Shown: positions 32,589-42,269 of the stretch, in pieces
How the letters are laid out: every line of letters starts with the position of its first letter
Position numbering within the stretch: position 1 is the stretch's first letter
Assembly: GCA_963739305.1 (NCBI GenBank)
Contig: CAVTZU010000004.1
Coordinates: 1 to 61,071 of the forward strand
Direction: 5' to 3'
Source of the DNA: Candidatus Bathyarchaeota archaeon
Lineage (GTDB): Archaea; Thermoproteota; Bathyarchaeia; Bathyarchaeales; Bathycorpusculaceae
Length of the DNA stretch: 61,071 nucleotides
Translations under genes and position numbers: made by a program
The notes under the pieces: model-generated
Told to the model about the DNA's origin: nothing
The model's database searches: none
Seen by the model: only the letters and a program-made list of their open reading frames with translations

Positions 32589-33184
32589 TCGTTTTCCTCC
32601 AGAATCTCTTTCAGAAACTGTCTGATCAAACCCGCTGGAATCCCTGCTTTGACAAGCTTCGCTGTTTCTCGCTGCAGCAGCCTTTCCCGTTCTTTGCATT
32701 TTACCATTATTTTGCGAAGTGTTTCCTTGATTTCCCAAGGAAAAACTATCCAGTCAGCAGTCTCTCTGCCGAAGTAATCGGGTTTAACAGTGCTCCATGG
32801 TTTACAATAGACTGTGACTGTTCTAGCTTCCTTCGCCCTTTGACTGATAATGTGGTCCTTCACCATTTTTAGACTCTTGCCCGTGTCAGCAACCTCGTCA
32901 ACAATCAGAATTCTCTTGTTCTCGACGTTCATTGAGACAGGCTGAGTCAAGACGGGTTCAGAATTTGTCTCCGAGATGCCAAGATAGAATTCTGCTCTGA
33001 CATTCGCGACGTTAGGGTTGCTGAGCAGATCCGACATAACTCGTGCCGGCGGCCATCCGCCCCTGGAGATGCCTACGATTACATCAGGTTTGAACCCGTC
33101 TTTTCTTATTCTCCCTGCCAGATCCAGGAGTATGTCATAAATCTGTCTCCAAGACGGGGCTGCAAAATTCACTTCTGGAGTCAC
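32582..33184 (-). CDS. Purine phosphoribosyltransferase family protein
   Basis: VGISRGG, ILIVDEVADTGKSL PRPP loop, WIVFPWE. Confidence 0.9.
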   Translation of the reverse strand: MTPEVNFAAPSWRQIYDILLDLAGRIRKDGFKPDVIVGISRGGWPPARVMSDLLSNPNVANVRAEFYLGISETNSEPVLTQPVSMNVENKRILIVDEVADTGKSLKMVKDHIISQRAKEARTVTVYCKPWSTVKPDYFGRETADWIVFPWEIKETLRKIMVKCKERERLLQRETAKLVKAGIPAGLIRQFLKEILEENER

Positions 33185-33254
33185 GAGGTCTTTCTTCCCC
33201 TTTTTGAATGACTCAATTGAGACCTAATGCGCCTAAGAGCTTGAGGACCAGGCA

Positions 33255-33686
33255 TCAGGAAATGTAGAACAAATCCTCCTTTCGGCCCTCCCCGATTTGT
33301 CTTATCAGCTCATACTGAGCATCAAGGAGAATCTTGAGCTTCTCAACGTCATTTTTCGCATCTTCGATTTCTTTGGTTTTCTCAAGCAGTTCAGATTTCT
33401 GCAGTTGCTCTCTGAGATTCGTCACTGATATCTGAATGATCTTCACCTTGAAGGCAAAAATCTCGAGGATATATAGAAGACTCAACTGCGAGGACAATCT
33501 CTCTAAGCGGTCGTACTCCATGGTCTTCAACAGCGACGCTTGAACTTTCTGCGCCTCAGAAGATTTCTCCGACTTCAGGGTCTTGTCATAATTCTCTATT
33601 CGCTTCAGTAACGGGTCTTTGCTCTGGTCAAACAATTTTTGCGTTCTGGACGACGTTTTTTTCAATATCTCAAGGATTTCATCCAT
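33255..33686 (-). CDS. Hypothetical charged coiled-coil protein
   Basis: ATG at 33686 (MDEILEILKK...); the longer track ORF overlaps the DMT gene and is over-extended. Confidence 0.7.
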   Translation of the reverse strand: MDEILEILKKTSSRTQKLFDQSKDPLLKRIENYDKTLKSEKSSEAQKVQASLLKTMEYDRLERLSSQLSLLYILEIFAFKVKIIQISVTNLREQLQKSELLEKTKEIEDAKNDVEKLKILLDAQYELIRQIGEGRKEDLFYIS

Positions 33687-33787
33687 GTCAATTCCACTTT
33701 GAATACACGGAGTGCAGTTTAAGCCATAGAGATGTGCGCATGCATTTAAGCTTAAAATCAGAAAAGCAAGAAGACGTTTTCGAAGGG

Positions 33788-34705
33788 TCAGTCGCGATTT
33801 GCGGGGAACGTTGTTCCCAATCTGAAAAGTAACACGACACCTGTCAACGAGAGAATCGCTCCCGCTATCTGCAAGTTTTCGAAGGTTTCCCCGATTATGG
33901 CTGCTGAAAAGAGCGCCGTCGCAATGGGTTCCAAGACGTTCAGCATTGTTCCGCGTGAAGCTTTCACGTACTTCAAACCGTAGCTGAACAATGCATATGC
34001 CAACAGCGAGGGAATCCACCCAATTGCAAGAATTATCAGCCACAATTGTGCTGGAAAACCTGATACTTGTGACGCGCTGTCGATGATTATCGGCGAGAGT
34101 GCGAGAGCAGCGATCCCGTCTCCGAACAACGTCACAGTCAAGTTTGAATAGTTGCCTCTCAATCTGCTGGTTATCAAGTAGTACGCTGCGAACGAGACAC
34201 TGGACAGGATTCCGAAAACGATTCCCCAAGAATTCAGTTTCAGCTGAGAGAAATCGTAGGCTCGAATTACTAGAGTCACTCCAAGGAATGTCAAAGCGAT
34301 GGCAAAGACCTGCGAAGCAGATATTCTCTCCTTCTTTTGAAGAAAGACGACTGAAAGAATCACGAATACGGGGTAAGTGTAAAATAACATTGCCGCAACG
34401 GTAGCCGTCGTGAGATCAATAGCATAGAAATAGGAAATTCTCTGAAAAGCCACCGCAAACAGCCCAAAAAGTGTAAAGGGGATCACGTCAGCTCTGCGAA
34501 TTCTAAGGTGACTCCTTCGAAATGTTGCCAGAATCACCAGTAGCGTTGAGGAACTGACACTCAGTCTTAAAGCTATCAGAGTTGCGGGGGAAATAGAGTA
34601 TTGAAAGGCCATTTTTGCAAGTATGCCGATGGTTCCGAAAAGAATTGATGCTACGACAATTGCCGCGTATCCTCGAGTTGCCTTGCTCGTTTGAGAAACT
34701 TCCAT
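33788..34705 (-). CDS. EamA/DMT family transporter
   Basis: About ten TM helices in two repeats; YTYPVFV..KERI, LEPI..GE motifs. Confidence 0.92.
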   Translation of the reverse strand: MEVSQTSKATRGYAAIVVASILFGTIGILAKMAFQYSISPATLIALRLSVSSSTLLVILATFRRSHLRIRRADVIPFTLFGLFAVAFQRISYFYAIDLTTATVAAMLFYTYPVFVILSVVFLQKKERISASQVFAIALTFLGVTLVIRAYDFSQLKLNSWGIVFGILSSVSFAAYYLITSRLRGNYSNLTVTLFGDGIAALALSPIIIDSASQVSGFPAQLWLIILAIGWIPSLLAYALFSYGLKYVKASRGTMLNVLEPIATALFSAAIIGETFENLQIAGAILSLTGVVLLFRLGTTFPANRD

Positions 34706-34909
34706 TCTTGTTCACACCTCAGTGTATTCAAGAAGGATATGCTTTTTTGCTTCCAGAATCGCTGGAAATGGCACGCTGATGTCGGGTCCTCTGCAGGTAT
34801 CCGCTCAGCATAATGAAATCTTATTACCTTGTCTCGCTGGTTACTTAAGACTGGTGAGAGTCCGCGCGGGGAACCGGCAGCTAACAGCTCGATCAGGAAG
34901 GGCAGTGTT

Positions 34910-36235
34910 TTGAATAGGCCAGCAAGGAGAAGGACACGTGAAAAGGCAGATTTGTTGATCGTTAATGCTAATGAAATGGTTACGCTCGCTGGAGACAACC
35001 GAAAACCGCGTACTGGGAAGCAGATGCTTGAGCTGGGAATAATTCACAACGGCTCCTTGGCAATCAAGGATGGAAAAATCGTTGCAGTGGGAGAGACACC
35101 TGAAACGACAAGAATCTACAAATCCGAGAACATTATCAGCGCTGACGGCAAGACAGTCCTGCCGGGCTTCATAGATTCTCACACGCACCTCGTCTTTGCA
35201 GGCTCGCGTGAAGAAGAGTTCCAAATGCGGATAGAAGAAGCTGTGCCCTATGAGGTTTCCAACAGAGGTTACAGCGTAATGAAAACCGTGAAAGAAACGC
35301 GAAGGGCAAGCGCAGAGAAGCTGGTGGAAAAAGGTACGGAAACGCTGAGTTCAATGTTGGAGCATGGGACAACCACAGCTGAAGCTAAGAGCGGTTATGG
35401 GTTGACGACCAGAGACGAGTTGAAAATCCTCGATGTTGTTCAGCGTCTGAATCAAATGCACCCCGTTGATGTTGTTCCAACGTTTCTGGGCGCCAATGCT
35501 GTCCCTCCTGAGTTCGTGAACAAGCCTGAAGATTTCGTGAATCTAATAATCAATGAGATGATTCCCAAAGTCGCTGAGAAAGAACACGCAGAATTTTGCG
35601 ATGTCTATTGCGAGAGAGGCGCCTTCAATTTGGATCAGTCCCGACGCGTCTTGGTCGCAGGCAAAGGCTCAGGTCTGAAGCCTAAAGTGCACGCCGACGA
35701 GATGAGCCTTCTAGGTGGTACGGAGCTGGCTGCTAGCGTCGGAGCAGTTTCAGCCGATCAAATGCTCTTTTCTTCTGACGATGGTATAAAGGCAATTGCC
35801 GAGAAGGGAGTTGTTGCCACTCTGCTTCCAGCATCTTCTTTTAGTCTGATGAACGGTCGTTTCGCAAACGCCAGAGAAATCATTAACCTCGGCGTACCAT
35901 TGGCACTGGCCACTGATTTTAGCCCGACCTGTTGGGTTGAGAACCTCCAACTCGTTATCGCATTCGCATGTCACTTCATGAAGTTGAATACCGCTGAGGC
36001 GATAACTGCGACGACGATTAATGCCGCGCACGCTCTTAGCAGAGCAAGCGAGATTGGAAGCCTCGAAGTCAACAAGAAAGCTGACGTACTAGTGTTGAAC
36101 GTGCCGAATTACAGGTTCCTGGGCTATCGATTTGCCGTTAACCTAATTGACAAAGTCATAAAGAACGGCAGACTCGTAGTCGACAAAGAAGCTACTGAAG
36201 ACGAATATCGGCTCATTGAAGAACAAGAAATGTAG
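34910..36235 (+). CDS. hutI: Imidazolonepropionase (divergent)
   Basis: PGFIDSHTHLVFAGSR, GTTTAEAKSGYGL, FCDVYCE, HADE, LATDF; upstream of hutU; TTG start at 34910 inferred. Confidence 0.85.
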   Translation: MNRPARRRTREKADLLIVNANEMVTLAGDNRKPRTGKQMLELGIIHNGSLAIKDGKIVAVGETPETTRIYKSENIISADGKTVLPGFIDSHTHLVFAGSREEEFQMRIEEAVPYEVSNRGYSVMKTVKETRRASAEKLVEKGTETLSSMLEHGTTTAEAKSGYGLTTRDELKILDVVQRLNQMHPVDVVPTFLGANAVPPEFVNKPEDFVNLIINEMIPKVAEKEHAEFCDVYCERGAFNLDQSRRVLVAGKGSGLKPKVHADEMSLLGGTELAASVGAVSADQMLFSSDDGIKAIAEKGVVATLLPASSFSLMNGRFANAREIINLGVPLALATDFSPTCWVENLQLVIAFACHFMKLNTAEAITATTINAAHALSRASEIGSLEVNKKADVLVLNVPNYRFLGYRFAVNLIDKVIKNGRLVVDKEATEDEYRLIEEQEM

Positions 36236-36307
36236 ACTTCCCTTCGGCTGTGCACTCACAAACAATTAAAGCGAGCCTGAGCATTTTTTCATGGACAGTG
36301 AACCCTT

Positions 36308-37963
36308 GTGAAGCTCGAAAAGCCTATACATGCACTGACCGGCAGCAAGCTGCATTGCAAGAACTGGCAGATTGAAGGAATTCTTCGCATGCTGACCAAC
36401 GTACTTGACCCGAACGTTGCAAAGAATCCTGAAAAACTGATCGTCTACGGCGGGACTGGCCAAGCTGCACGTAACTGGGATTGTTTTGACCACATAGTTG
36501 AAACGTTAACCCATCTTGAACCTGACGAAACCATGCTGATACAAAGCGGCAAACCAGTTGCGGTTTTTAAGACACACGAGTATGCTCCCAGGGCTCTTAT
36601 CGTTAACGCGATGCTTGTTCCCAAATGGGCAACCTGGGACTACTTCTATGAACTTGAACAGAAAGGCTTGATCATGTACGGCCAGATGACCGCAGGATCT
36701 TGGGCTTACATTGGGACACAGGGAATCTTGCAGGGCACTTACGAAACGTTGGCTGAGGTTGCCAAGGAACATTTTGGTGGAAGCCTAAAAGGAAAGCTTG
36801 TGTTGACTGCGGGCTTGGGTGAAATGGGCGGGGCACAACCGTTGGCGGTCACGATGAACAATGGCGTAGCCTTGATTGTTGAAGTTGACAAGTGGGCTAT
36901 TGATCGTAGGCTCAAACACAATTATCTTCAGTCGTGGACCGACGACTTAGATGAAGCCATAACGATGGTCAATCAAGCAAAGGAGGAAGGAGTTTCAAGA
37001 AGCATAGGTCTTCTCGGGAACGCGGCGGAAGTGTACCCAGAACTGTTGAAACGAGGAGTAATTCCCGATGTCTTAACTGACCAGACCAGCGCGCACGATC
37101 CGCTGAACGGTTATTATCCCGTCGGTATGAATAAGAACGAGGCAGACGAACTCAGAAAAAACGACCCGCAAGAATACGTTAAGCTTGCCAACAAAAGCAT
37201 GCGTGTTCAAGTTGAAGCAATGGTCAAAATGATGCACAGGGGAGCCGTGACTTTTGACTACGGGAACAACCTGCGAGAACAAGCCTACAAAGCCGGCTTC
37301 AAAGACGCTTTCGCTTACCCTGGCTTCGTCCAAAGATATATACGACCAATGTTCTGCGAAGGCAAAGGACCATTCCGCTGGACCTCACTTGTCGGCTGTG
37401 AAGATGACATACACAAGCTCGATGACGTCGTCCTCAGAGATTTTGGCTACAATAAAGAACTCTGCAGATGGATCAAAAAAGCAAGAGAAGAAGTGAAGTT
37501 CCAAGGCTTGCCGGCAAGAGTCTGCTGGCTCGGCTTCGGAGAACGCGCAAAATTCGGAAAAACAATCAACAAAATGGTAAGAGACGGAACCCTTTCAGGC
37601 CCGGTCTGGATTGGTCGGGACCATCTTGACTGTGGAAGCGTGGCTTCACCTTACCGAGAAACCGAAGGCATGAAAGACGGAAGCGACGCAATCGCTGACT
37701 GGCCGGTTCTTAACGCTCTTTTGAACGCTGTCAGCGGAGCAACATGGGTCAGTGTACACCACGGCGGAGGCGTGGGCATCGGCTACAGCATCCACGCAGG
37801 CATGTGTCTGGTAGCAGATGGAACCAAGAAAATGGAAAAACGCATAGCGACCGTGCTGACGACAGATCCTGGAATTGGAATTGTTCGTCATGCTGATGCT
37901 GGTTACGAGAAGGCACAGAGAATAGCCAAAGCCAAGGGCATCAAAATGCCGATGCTGAAGTAA
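36308..37963 (+). CDS. hutU: Urocanate hydratase
   Basis: [48 protein letters not shown]. Confidence 0.96.
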   Translation: MKLEKPIHALTGSKLHCKNWQIEGILRMLTNVLDPNVAKNPEKLIVYGGTGQAARNWDCFDHIVETLTHLEPDETMLIQSGKPVAVFKTHEYAPRALIVNAMLVPKWATWDYFYELEQKGLIMYGQMTAGSWAYIGTQGILQGTYETLAEVAKEHFGGSLKGKLVLTAGLGEMGGAQPLAVTMNNGVALIVEVDKWAIDRRLKHNYLQSWTDDLDEAITMVNQAKEEGVSRSIGLLGNAAEVYPELLKRGVIPDVLTDQTSAHDPLNGYYPVGMNKNEADELRKNDPQEYVKLANKSMRVQVEAMVKMMHRGAVTFDYGNNLREQAYKAGFKDAFAYPGFVQRYIRPMFCEGKGPFRWTSLVGCEDDIHKLDDVVLRDFGYNKELCRWIKKAREEVKFQGLPARVCWLGFGERAKFGKTINKMVRDGTLSGPVWIGRDHLDCGSVASPYRETEGMKDGSDAIADWPVLNALLNAVSGATWVSVHHGGGVGIGYSIHAGMCLVADGTKKMEKRIATVLTTDPGIGIVRHADAGYEKAQRIAKAKGIKMPMLK

Positions 37964-38105
37964 AGCGCGCGCTCATAGAAAGATCGGCGTGACTCATAGG
38001 AAGCCCTCACGATGGTTCTACGAGAGCCCTGAAGGCGGCACTGTGTCAGAAGACGCCTGGAGAATAGGTCATTTTCAGCTTTCACGCAAAACTACGTTGA
38101 ACAGT

Positions 38106-39188
38106 CTACGCTTTGACGATTTTGTACGCCGCGGCTTTGCGGAGTCTATTCATCACAGCCAACCCTAATCCCTCGACTGGCAAGCCCTCGGCCACAACTA
38201 CGTCTACTTTCTCTAAATCAAACTCCCTCAAAAGCCTGAAAAGATTCCGGGCAATTTCCGCCAAGTCACTTCTGCTCCCGATGGGCTTTACAACTTCGGC
38301 TTTGTAAGAACCCATTGTTTCATCCGTGCACAAAACACCCACCTTGCTTCCGCCTCGTTCATAGAAACTCACCAGCTCTTTCACCTTCTCAACTACAGCC
38401 GGCAACTCTCCCTCTACAACGATCAACTCGGCATCGGGAGCATAATGCCTATGCTTAACGCCTGGCGAACGAGCCTTCTCAACTGGCAACGCCCTGTCCG
38501 AAGTGACAACAGGGTTGAGCTCAACGTTCCTCAAGACCTTCCTCAATGCCTCGAAAGACGTACCGCCAGGACGCAAAACCTGAGGCGGATCCGCAGTCAA
38601 ATCTAACACCGTAGACTCAACCCCTATCAGGGTGGGTCCACCATCCAAGACGGCATCAATTCTACCATCAAGATCACACAGAACATGCCCCGCGGAAGTC
38701 GGACTCGGCCTGCCAGAAAGATTCGCGCTAGGTGCAGAAATAGGACGACCGCTCTCTCTGATCAGCGCTAAAGCAACGTTATGTTTAGGCATTCTTACAG
38801 CTATCGTGTCCAGACCAGACACAGTCACATCTGGAACAGCTCTTGAACGCTTTAAAATCAAGGTCAAAGGCCCCGGCCAAAACTCCTTCATCAACACCAG
38901 TGCTTCTGACGTCACCTCCGAAACCAACCCTTCCACATCGCTGACACAGCAAACATGCACTATCGGCGGGTTGTCTAATGGTCTCTTTTTTGCCTTAAAA
39001 ACAGCTAAAACGGCCTTGGCATTCAAAGCATTCGCGCCCAAACCATAAACCGTCTCAGTTGGAAAAGCCACTAGGCCGCCACGCATGATTAATCTAGCGG
39101 CTTCGAAGATTTTCTCCTTTTCAGGATTCTGCGGATCAACCTTCAGGACTAGGGTCTTCATCAAAATGATAGGATTAAGACTAGGCAT
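38106..39188 (-). CDS. sua5: Threonylcarbamoyl-AMP synthase Sua5
   Basis: FPTETVYGL, KKRP.DNP, APSANLSGRPSPT, C-terminal SUA5 domain (PG..HYAP, AVMNRLRKA). Confidence 0.95.
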   Translation of the reverse strand: MPSLNPIILMKTLVLKVDPQNPEKEKIFEAARLIMRGGLVAFPTETVYGLGANALNAKAVLAVFKAKKRPLDNPPIVHVCCVSDVEGLVSEVTSEALVLMKEFWPGPLTLILKRSRAVPDVTVSGLDTIAVRMPKHNVALALIRESGRPISAPSANLSGRPSPTSAGHVLCDLDGRIDAVLDGGPTLIGVESTVLDLTADPPQVLRPGGTSFEALRKVLRNVELNPVVTSDRALPVEKARSPGVKHRHYAPDAELIVVEGELPAVVEKVKELVSFYERGGSKVGVLCTDETMGSYKAEVVKPIGSRSDLAEIARNLFRLLREFDLEKVDVVVAEGLPVEGLGLAVMNRLRKAAAYKIVKA

Positions 39189-39227
39189 TTAAACTTCTAT
39201 CAAACAGGAACAGAAAATCGCGCAGCA

Positions 39228-39686
39228 TTACACAACGTACCGGTCGATGACCTTCTGCATGCTCTTCGGCGCTGCCTGTCTGGCAGCAAGCTGCTTTAGT
39301 ATGGTAATCATCTGAGGTTGAAAGCGGGCAATGTCCGTCAGACTCACCAAACCTACCAACCGTTTTCCGTCAACTACAGGCAGCTTCTTAATCTTCATCT
39401 GAAACATCAATTTCACTGCTTCCGCAAGATCCATGTTCGGTTCAGCCACAACCAGCGGACTCGTCATAGCATCCTTAACCTTGATTTTGCTCGCATTTTT
39501 CCCTTCAGCAACCACTCGCTTCAGCACGTCACGCTCGGTAAGTATCCCCATAGCCTTTCCACGTTTCACGCCGATCAGACACCCAATTTCGAACTTATTC
39601 ATTATATCTGCGGCTTCTTTGACGCTGAAGTTTTCATCTATCGTGACAACTTCCTTCACCATCACGTCTCCAACTTTCAGAGACAT
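39228..39686 (-). CDS. Tandem CBS-domain protein
   Basis: VGDVM, GILTERD, IKKLPVV..LVGLVSLTD. Confidence 0.9.
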   Translation of the reverse strand: MSLKVGDVMVKEVVTIDENFSVKEAADIMNKFEIGCLIGVKRGKAMGILTERDVLKRVVAEGKNASKIKVKDAMTSPLVVAEPNMDLAEAVKLMFQMKIKKLPVVDGKRLVGLVSLTDIARFQPQMITILKQLAARQAAPKSMQKVIDRYVV

Positions 39687-39784
39687 GTCACTTTCTTTCT
39701 TCTTCTCATGCGACAACGGAACACCTGCAACTTTTCCTTTTCGTTCACCCGACTATATAAGTTCGTGCGTGAAGGCGAGTACAC

Positions 39785-41131
39785 TCATTTTCTCTTCAAT
39801 CTGCGAGCGAGTTTTTCAGTGTCATCGTCCACGGGAATCTTCGCTCTCTCAAACTTCTCTTTGGGCTTCGATAACGGTCTCGTGGCGTCGAAGCCGACTT
39901 TCGAAGTCAATACTCTGTCCTGATCGGCCGAAGGATCTAAAGTCGAACCGCGAACATTTTGAATTACAACCAAATCTTCGCTACCCTGAAACCGTGTTGC
40001 TAGAGCCCACTCAACGTCAGAAATGTCAAAAACATCGACATCGGAATCCACGACAACCGCATGTTTCAAACTCGGATGTGCAGCAAAGGCTGCCAACAAC
40101 GCATTTTTTCCATCACCATCAACATGTTTCTCAACAGAAATTATGGCGTGAAGCCATCCGCTTCCGCCTCTCGACAGATTCACTGCATAAACCCTTGGAA
40201 CCACTTTTGAAACGGCATCCCAAATTAACACTTCATGCGGCAACCCCATCAAAACCAGATGCTCCATCCCAGACGAAAGAAGCGCATGATAAACATAATC
40301 TTCCCTATGCAGGACACCAACTACATCCACGATCGGTTGCTTTCTCTGCACATCATACGTGCCCGTGATGTCAACAAACGGTCCTTCTGCTTCTTCTTTC
40401 ACAGCTGAGATTCTTCCTTCTAAAACCAGTTCAGCGTCAGCTACAGCCGCAGCGTTCACGTGCTCACACTCTGTCAACTTGAGACTACCGTTCAACATGG
40501 CATTCGCAATATCATATTCACACACGCCAAAGGGCACCGGCGAAGATGCTGCTAACAAGACGGTTGGGTGAACGCCAATGGAAATCGCGATATCCAGATC
40601 TTTGCCGACTTTTTTTGCCGATTGATATAGAGAAAGAAGATGTCTCGGAACGAGGCGAATTGCCAGATGCTTTTTGTCCAAGACTTGGAGACGATGAACC
40701 GACACATTCTCAATTTTCCCATCGACACTTCTTGCGTGAACAACCGCGGAGGTAATGTATGGTCCAGCATCATTCTCAAAGTGTGTCAAAACCGGAATCT
40801 TGGAAAGATCCACCTCCTTCTCAACGCATTCTTTAACTGCCGCGCCTTTGACAACCCTCGGTTTTGTAGGACACCGCCAGACTTCAATCAACCTATCATA
40901 CAGCATGTCCTGACCCACCTGAAGCGCTTTGCAGATTCTCTTCCGAGTTCCAGACACATTTGCAACGACGTTGGTTTCAAAGTCCTTTACTTTGTCGAAA
41001 AACAGAATTGGGCCTTCATGATCGAGTTGTTTTATGATGTATGGAATTTGAAAACGAGTCTTAACCTGTTCTCTAACGTGCAAAACCTCTTTTTCCTTTT
41101 CCATCTGATTCAGAAACTCTCTAAGGCTCAT
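39785..41131 (-). CDS. UbiD-family prFMN-dependent decarboxylase
   Basis: DAGPYIT, NVSVHR, EGPFVDITGTY, VVVDSDVD, VEWALATR, LDPS, KVGFDAT. Confidence 0.93.
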   Translation of the reverse strand: MSLREFLNQMEKEKEVLHVREQVKTRFQIPYIIKQLDHEGPILFFDKVKDFETNVVANVSGTRKRICKALQVGQDMLYDRLIEVWRCPTKPRVVKGAAVKECVEKEVDLSKIPVLTHFENDAGPYITSAVVHARSVDGKIENVSVHRLQVLDKKHLAIRLVPRHLLSLYQSAKKVGKDLDIAISIGVHPTVLLAASSPVPFGVCEYDIANAMLNGSLKLTECEHVNAAAVADAELVLEGRISAVKEEAEGPFVDITGTYDVQRKQPIVDVVGVLHREDYVYHALLSSGMEHLVLMGLPHEVLIWDAVSKVVPRVYAVNLSRGGSGWLHAIISVEKHVDGDGKNALLAAFAAHPSLKHAVVVDSDVDVFDISDVEWALATRFQGSEDLVVIQNVRGSTLDPSADQDRVLTSKVGFDATRPLSKPKEKFERAKIPVDDDTEKLARRLKRK

Positions 41132-41514
41132 GCTGTCAACCCCTCCTTTTGTGCTTCTTCATGAGCAACTCTTTCCATAAGACGTTTGAAAGCCGAGTGC
41201 GCCTGTTTTTCGTCCATCGCCTCAAGGTAAACTGACACCAATGCTATCTTCTCCTTGAAGGAAGCCAGCTGCTCAGCAAACATCCGTGCAGAAATAGCGT
41301 TCTTTTCACCTAGAAGTATCGACGAAGAGGGAGGGCCGATGAAATCTTTAGGTTTTGGAACTGCGATGGCCAGCGTGCCAAGTTTATCTTCCCCTTCACT
41401 TAACAAAACCATACACGAATTCTTAGCTTCCATATAGATGGCCAGAAAACGTGTGTTCTGCTCGACTATTTCGTCTTTGACGACTCTTGCACGTTCCAGC
41501 TTTTTCCCCTCCAT
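41128..41514 (-). CDS. Proteasome-assembly-chaperone-4 (PAC4)/LpdD-like small protein
   Basis: KLGTLAIAVP..SSSILLG..ARMFAEQLA..KIALVSVYL resembles the PAC4 pattern as I recall it; ATGA overlap with the UbiD gene. Confidence 0.6.
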   Translation of the reverse strand: MEGKKLERARVVKDEIVEQNTRFLAIYMEAKNSCMVLLSEGEDKLGTLAIAVPKPKDFIGPPSSSILLGEKNAISARMFAEQLASFKEKIALVSVYLEAMDEKQAHSAFKRLMERVAHEEAQKEGLTA

Positions 41515-41576
41515 TGGTTATTAATAGTTTTATGCATTCACTATTTATCACTTTCAAACCATGGTGCGTCAAGCAA

Positions 41577-42224
41577 ATGACCGACAGAAATTCCGGTAAG
41601 ATTCTGGATATACTTCGAAACACTTTTTCGATGCCTAAATGGATTGCTTCAAGCGAAGACCCGTTCAAAACGTTAATCGTGACGATCATATCACAGAACA
41701 CCAACGACCGAAACACTGCAAGAGCCTTCGAAAACCTCTCGAATAATTTTCGAATAACACCCGAAATCCTAGCGAAAGCAAAGGTCGAAGACATTGAACG
41801 AAGTCTCAAAGTCGCAGGTCTATACCGGAACAAGTCCAGAGTCATAAAACAAGTTTCGGAAGAAGTGGTCCAAAAATACGAAGGCGACTTGAACCGAATC
41901 TTGGCACTGCCTCTGGAAGAGGCAAGAAGGCAACTTCTGCAGTTCCGTGGAGTCGGTCCCAAGACGGCCGATGTGTTGTTGCTTTTCACGGCGAAGAAGG
42001 CAACAATTCCTGTCGACACCCACGTTAACAGAGTGTCAAAACGTTTAGGTCTTGCTCCTAATGACGGAGACTACGAGGAGGTGCGTCAAGCACTTCAATC
42101 ACTCTTCGATCCGAAAGATTACCTTGCTGTCCACTTGCTGCTGATTATGACTGGCAGAAAATATTGCAAGGCTCGTAAACCTCTGTGTAATGAATGTCCA
42201 TTGAAGGATCAGTGTCGTTTCTGA
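41577..42224 (+). CDS. nth: Endonuclease III
   Basis: ISQNTND, GVGPKTA HhH, PVDTHVNR, C-terminal Cx6Cx2Cx5C Fe-S motif. Confidence 0.94.
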   Translation: MTDRNSGKILDILRNTFSMPKWIASSEDPFKTLIVTIISQNTNDRNTARAFENLSNNFRITPEILAKAKVEDIERSLKVAGLYRNKSRVIKQVSEEVVQKYEGDLNRILALPLEEARRQLLQFRGVGPKTADVLLLFTAKKATIPVDTHVNRVSKRLGLAPNDGDYEEVRQALQSLFDPKDYLAVHLLLIMTGRKYCKARKPLCNECPLKDQCRF

Positions 42225-42269
42225 AAATCCGTCCTTAGGGAAACGCCCAATGCGAGAAATGTGACTTTT

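Noticed and set aside
33687-34229. N-terminal extension of track ORF 33255-34229
   Set aside because: It overlaps the DMT transporter in another frame; the ATG at 33686 is a better start.
34851-34905. Hairpin in the hutI leader (CTGGT...ACCGG)
   Set aside because: Short stems, no match to a riboswitch I know and no clear alternative fold.
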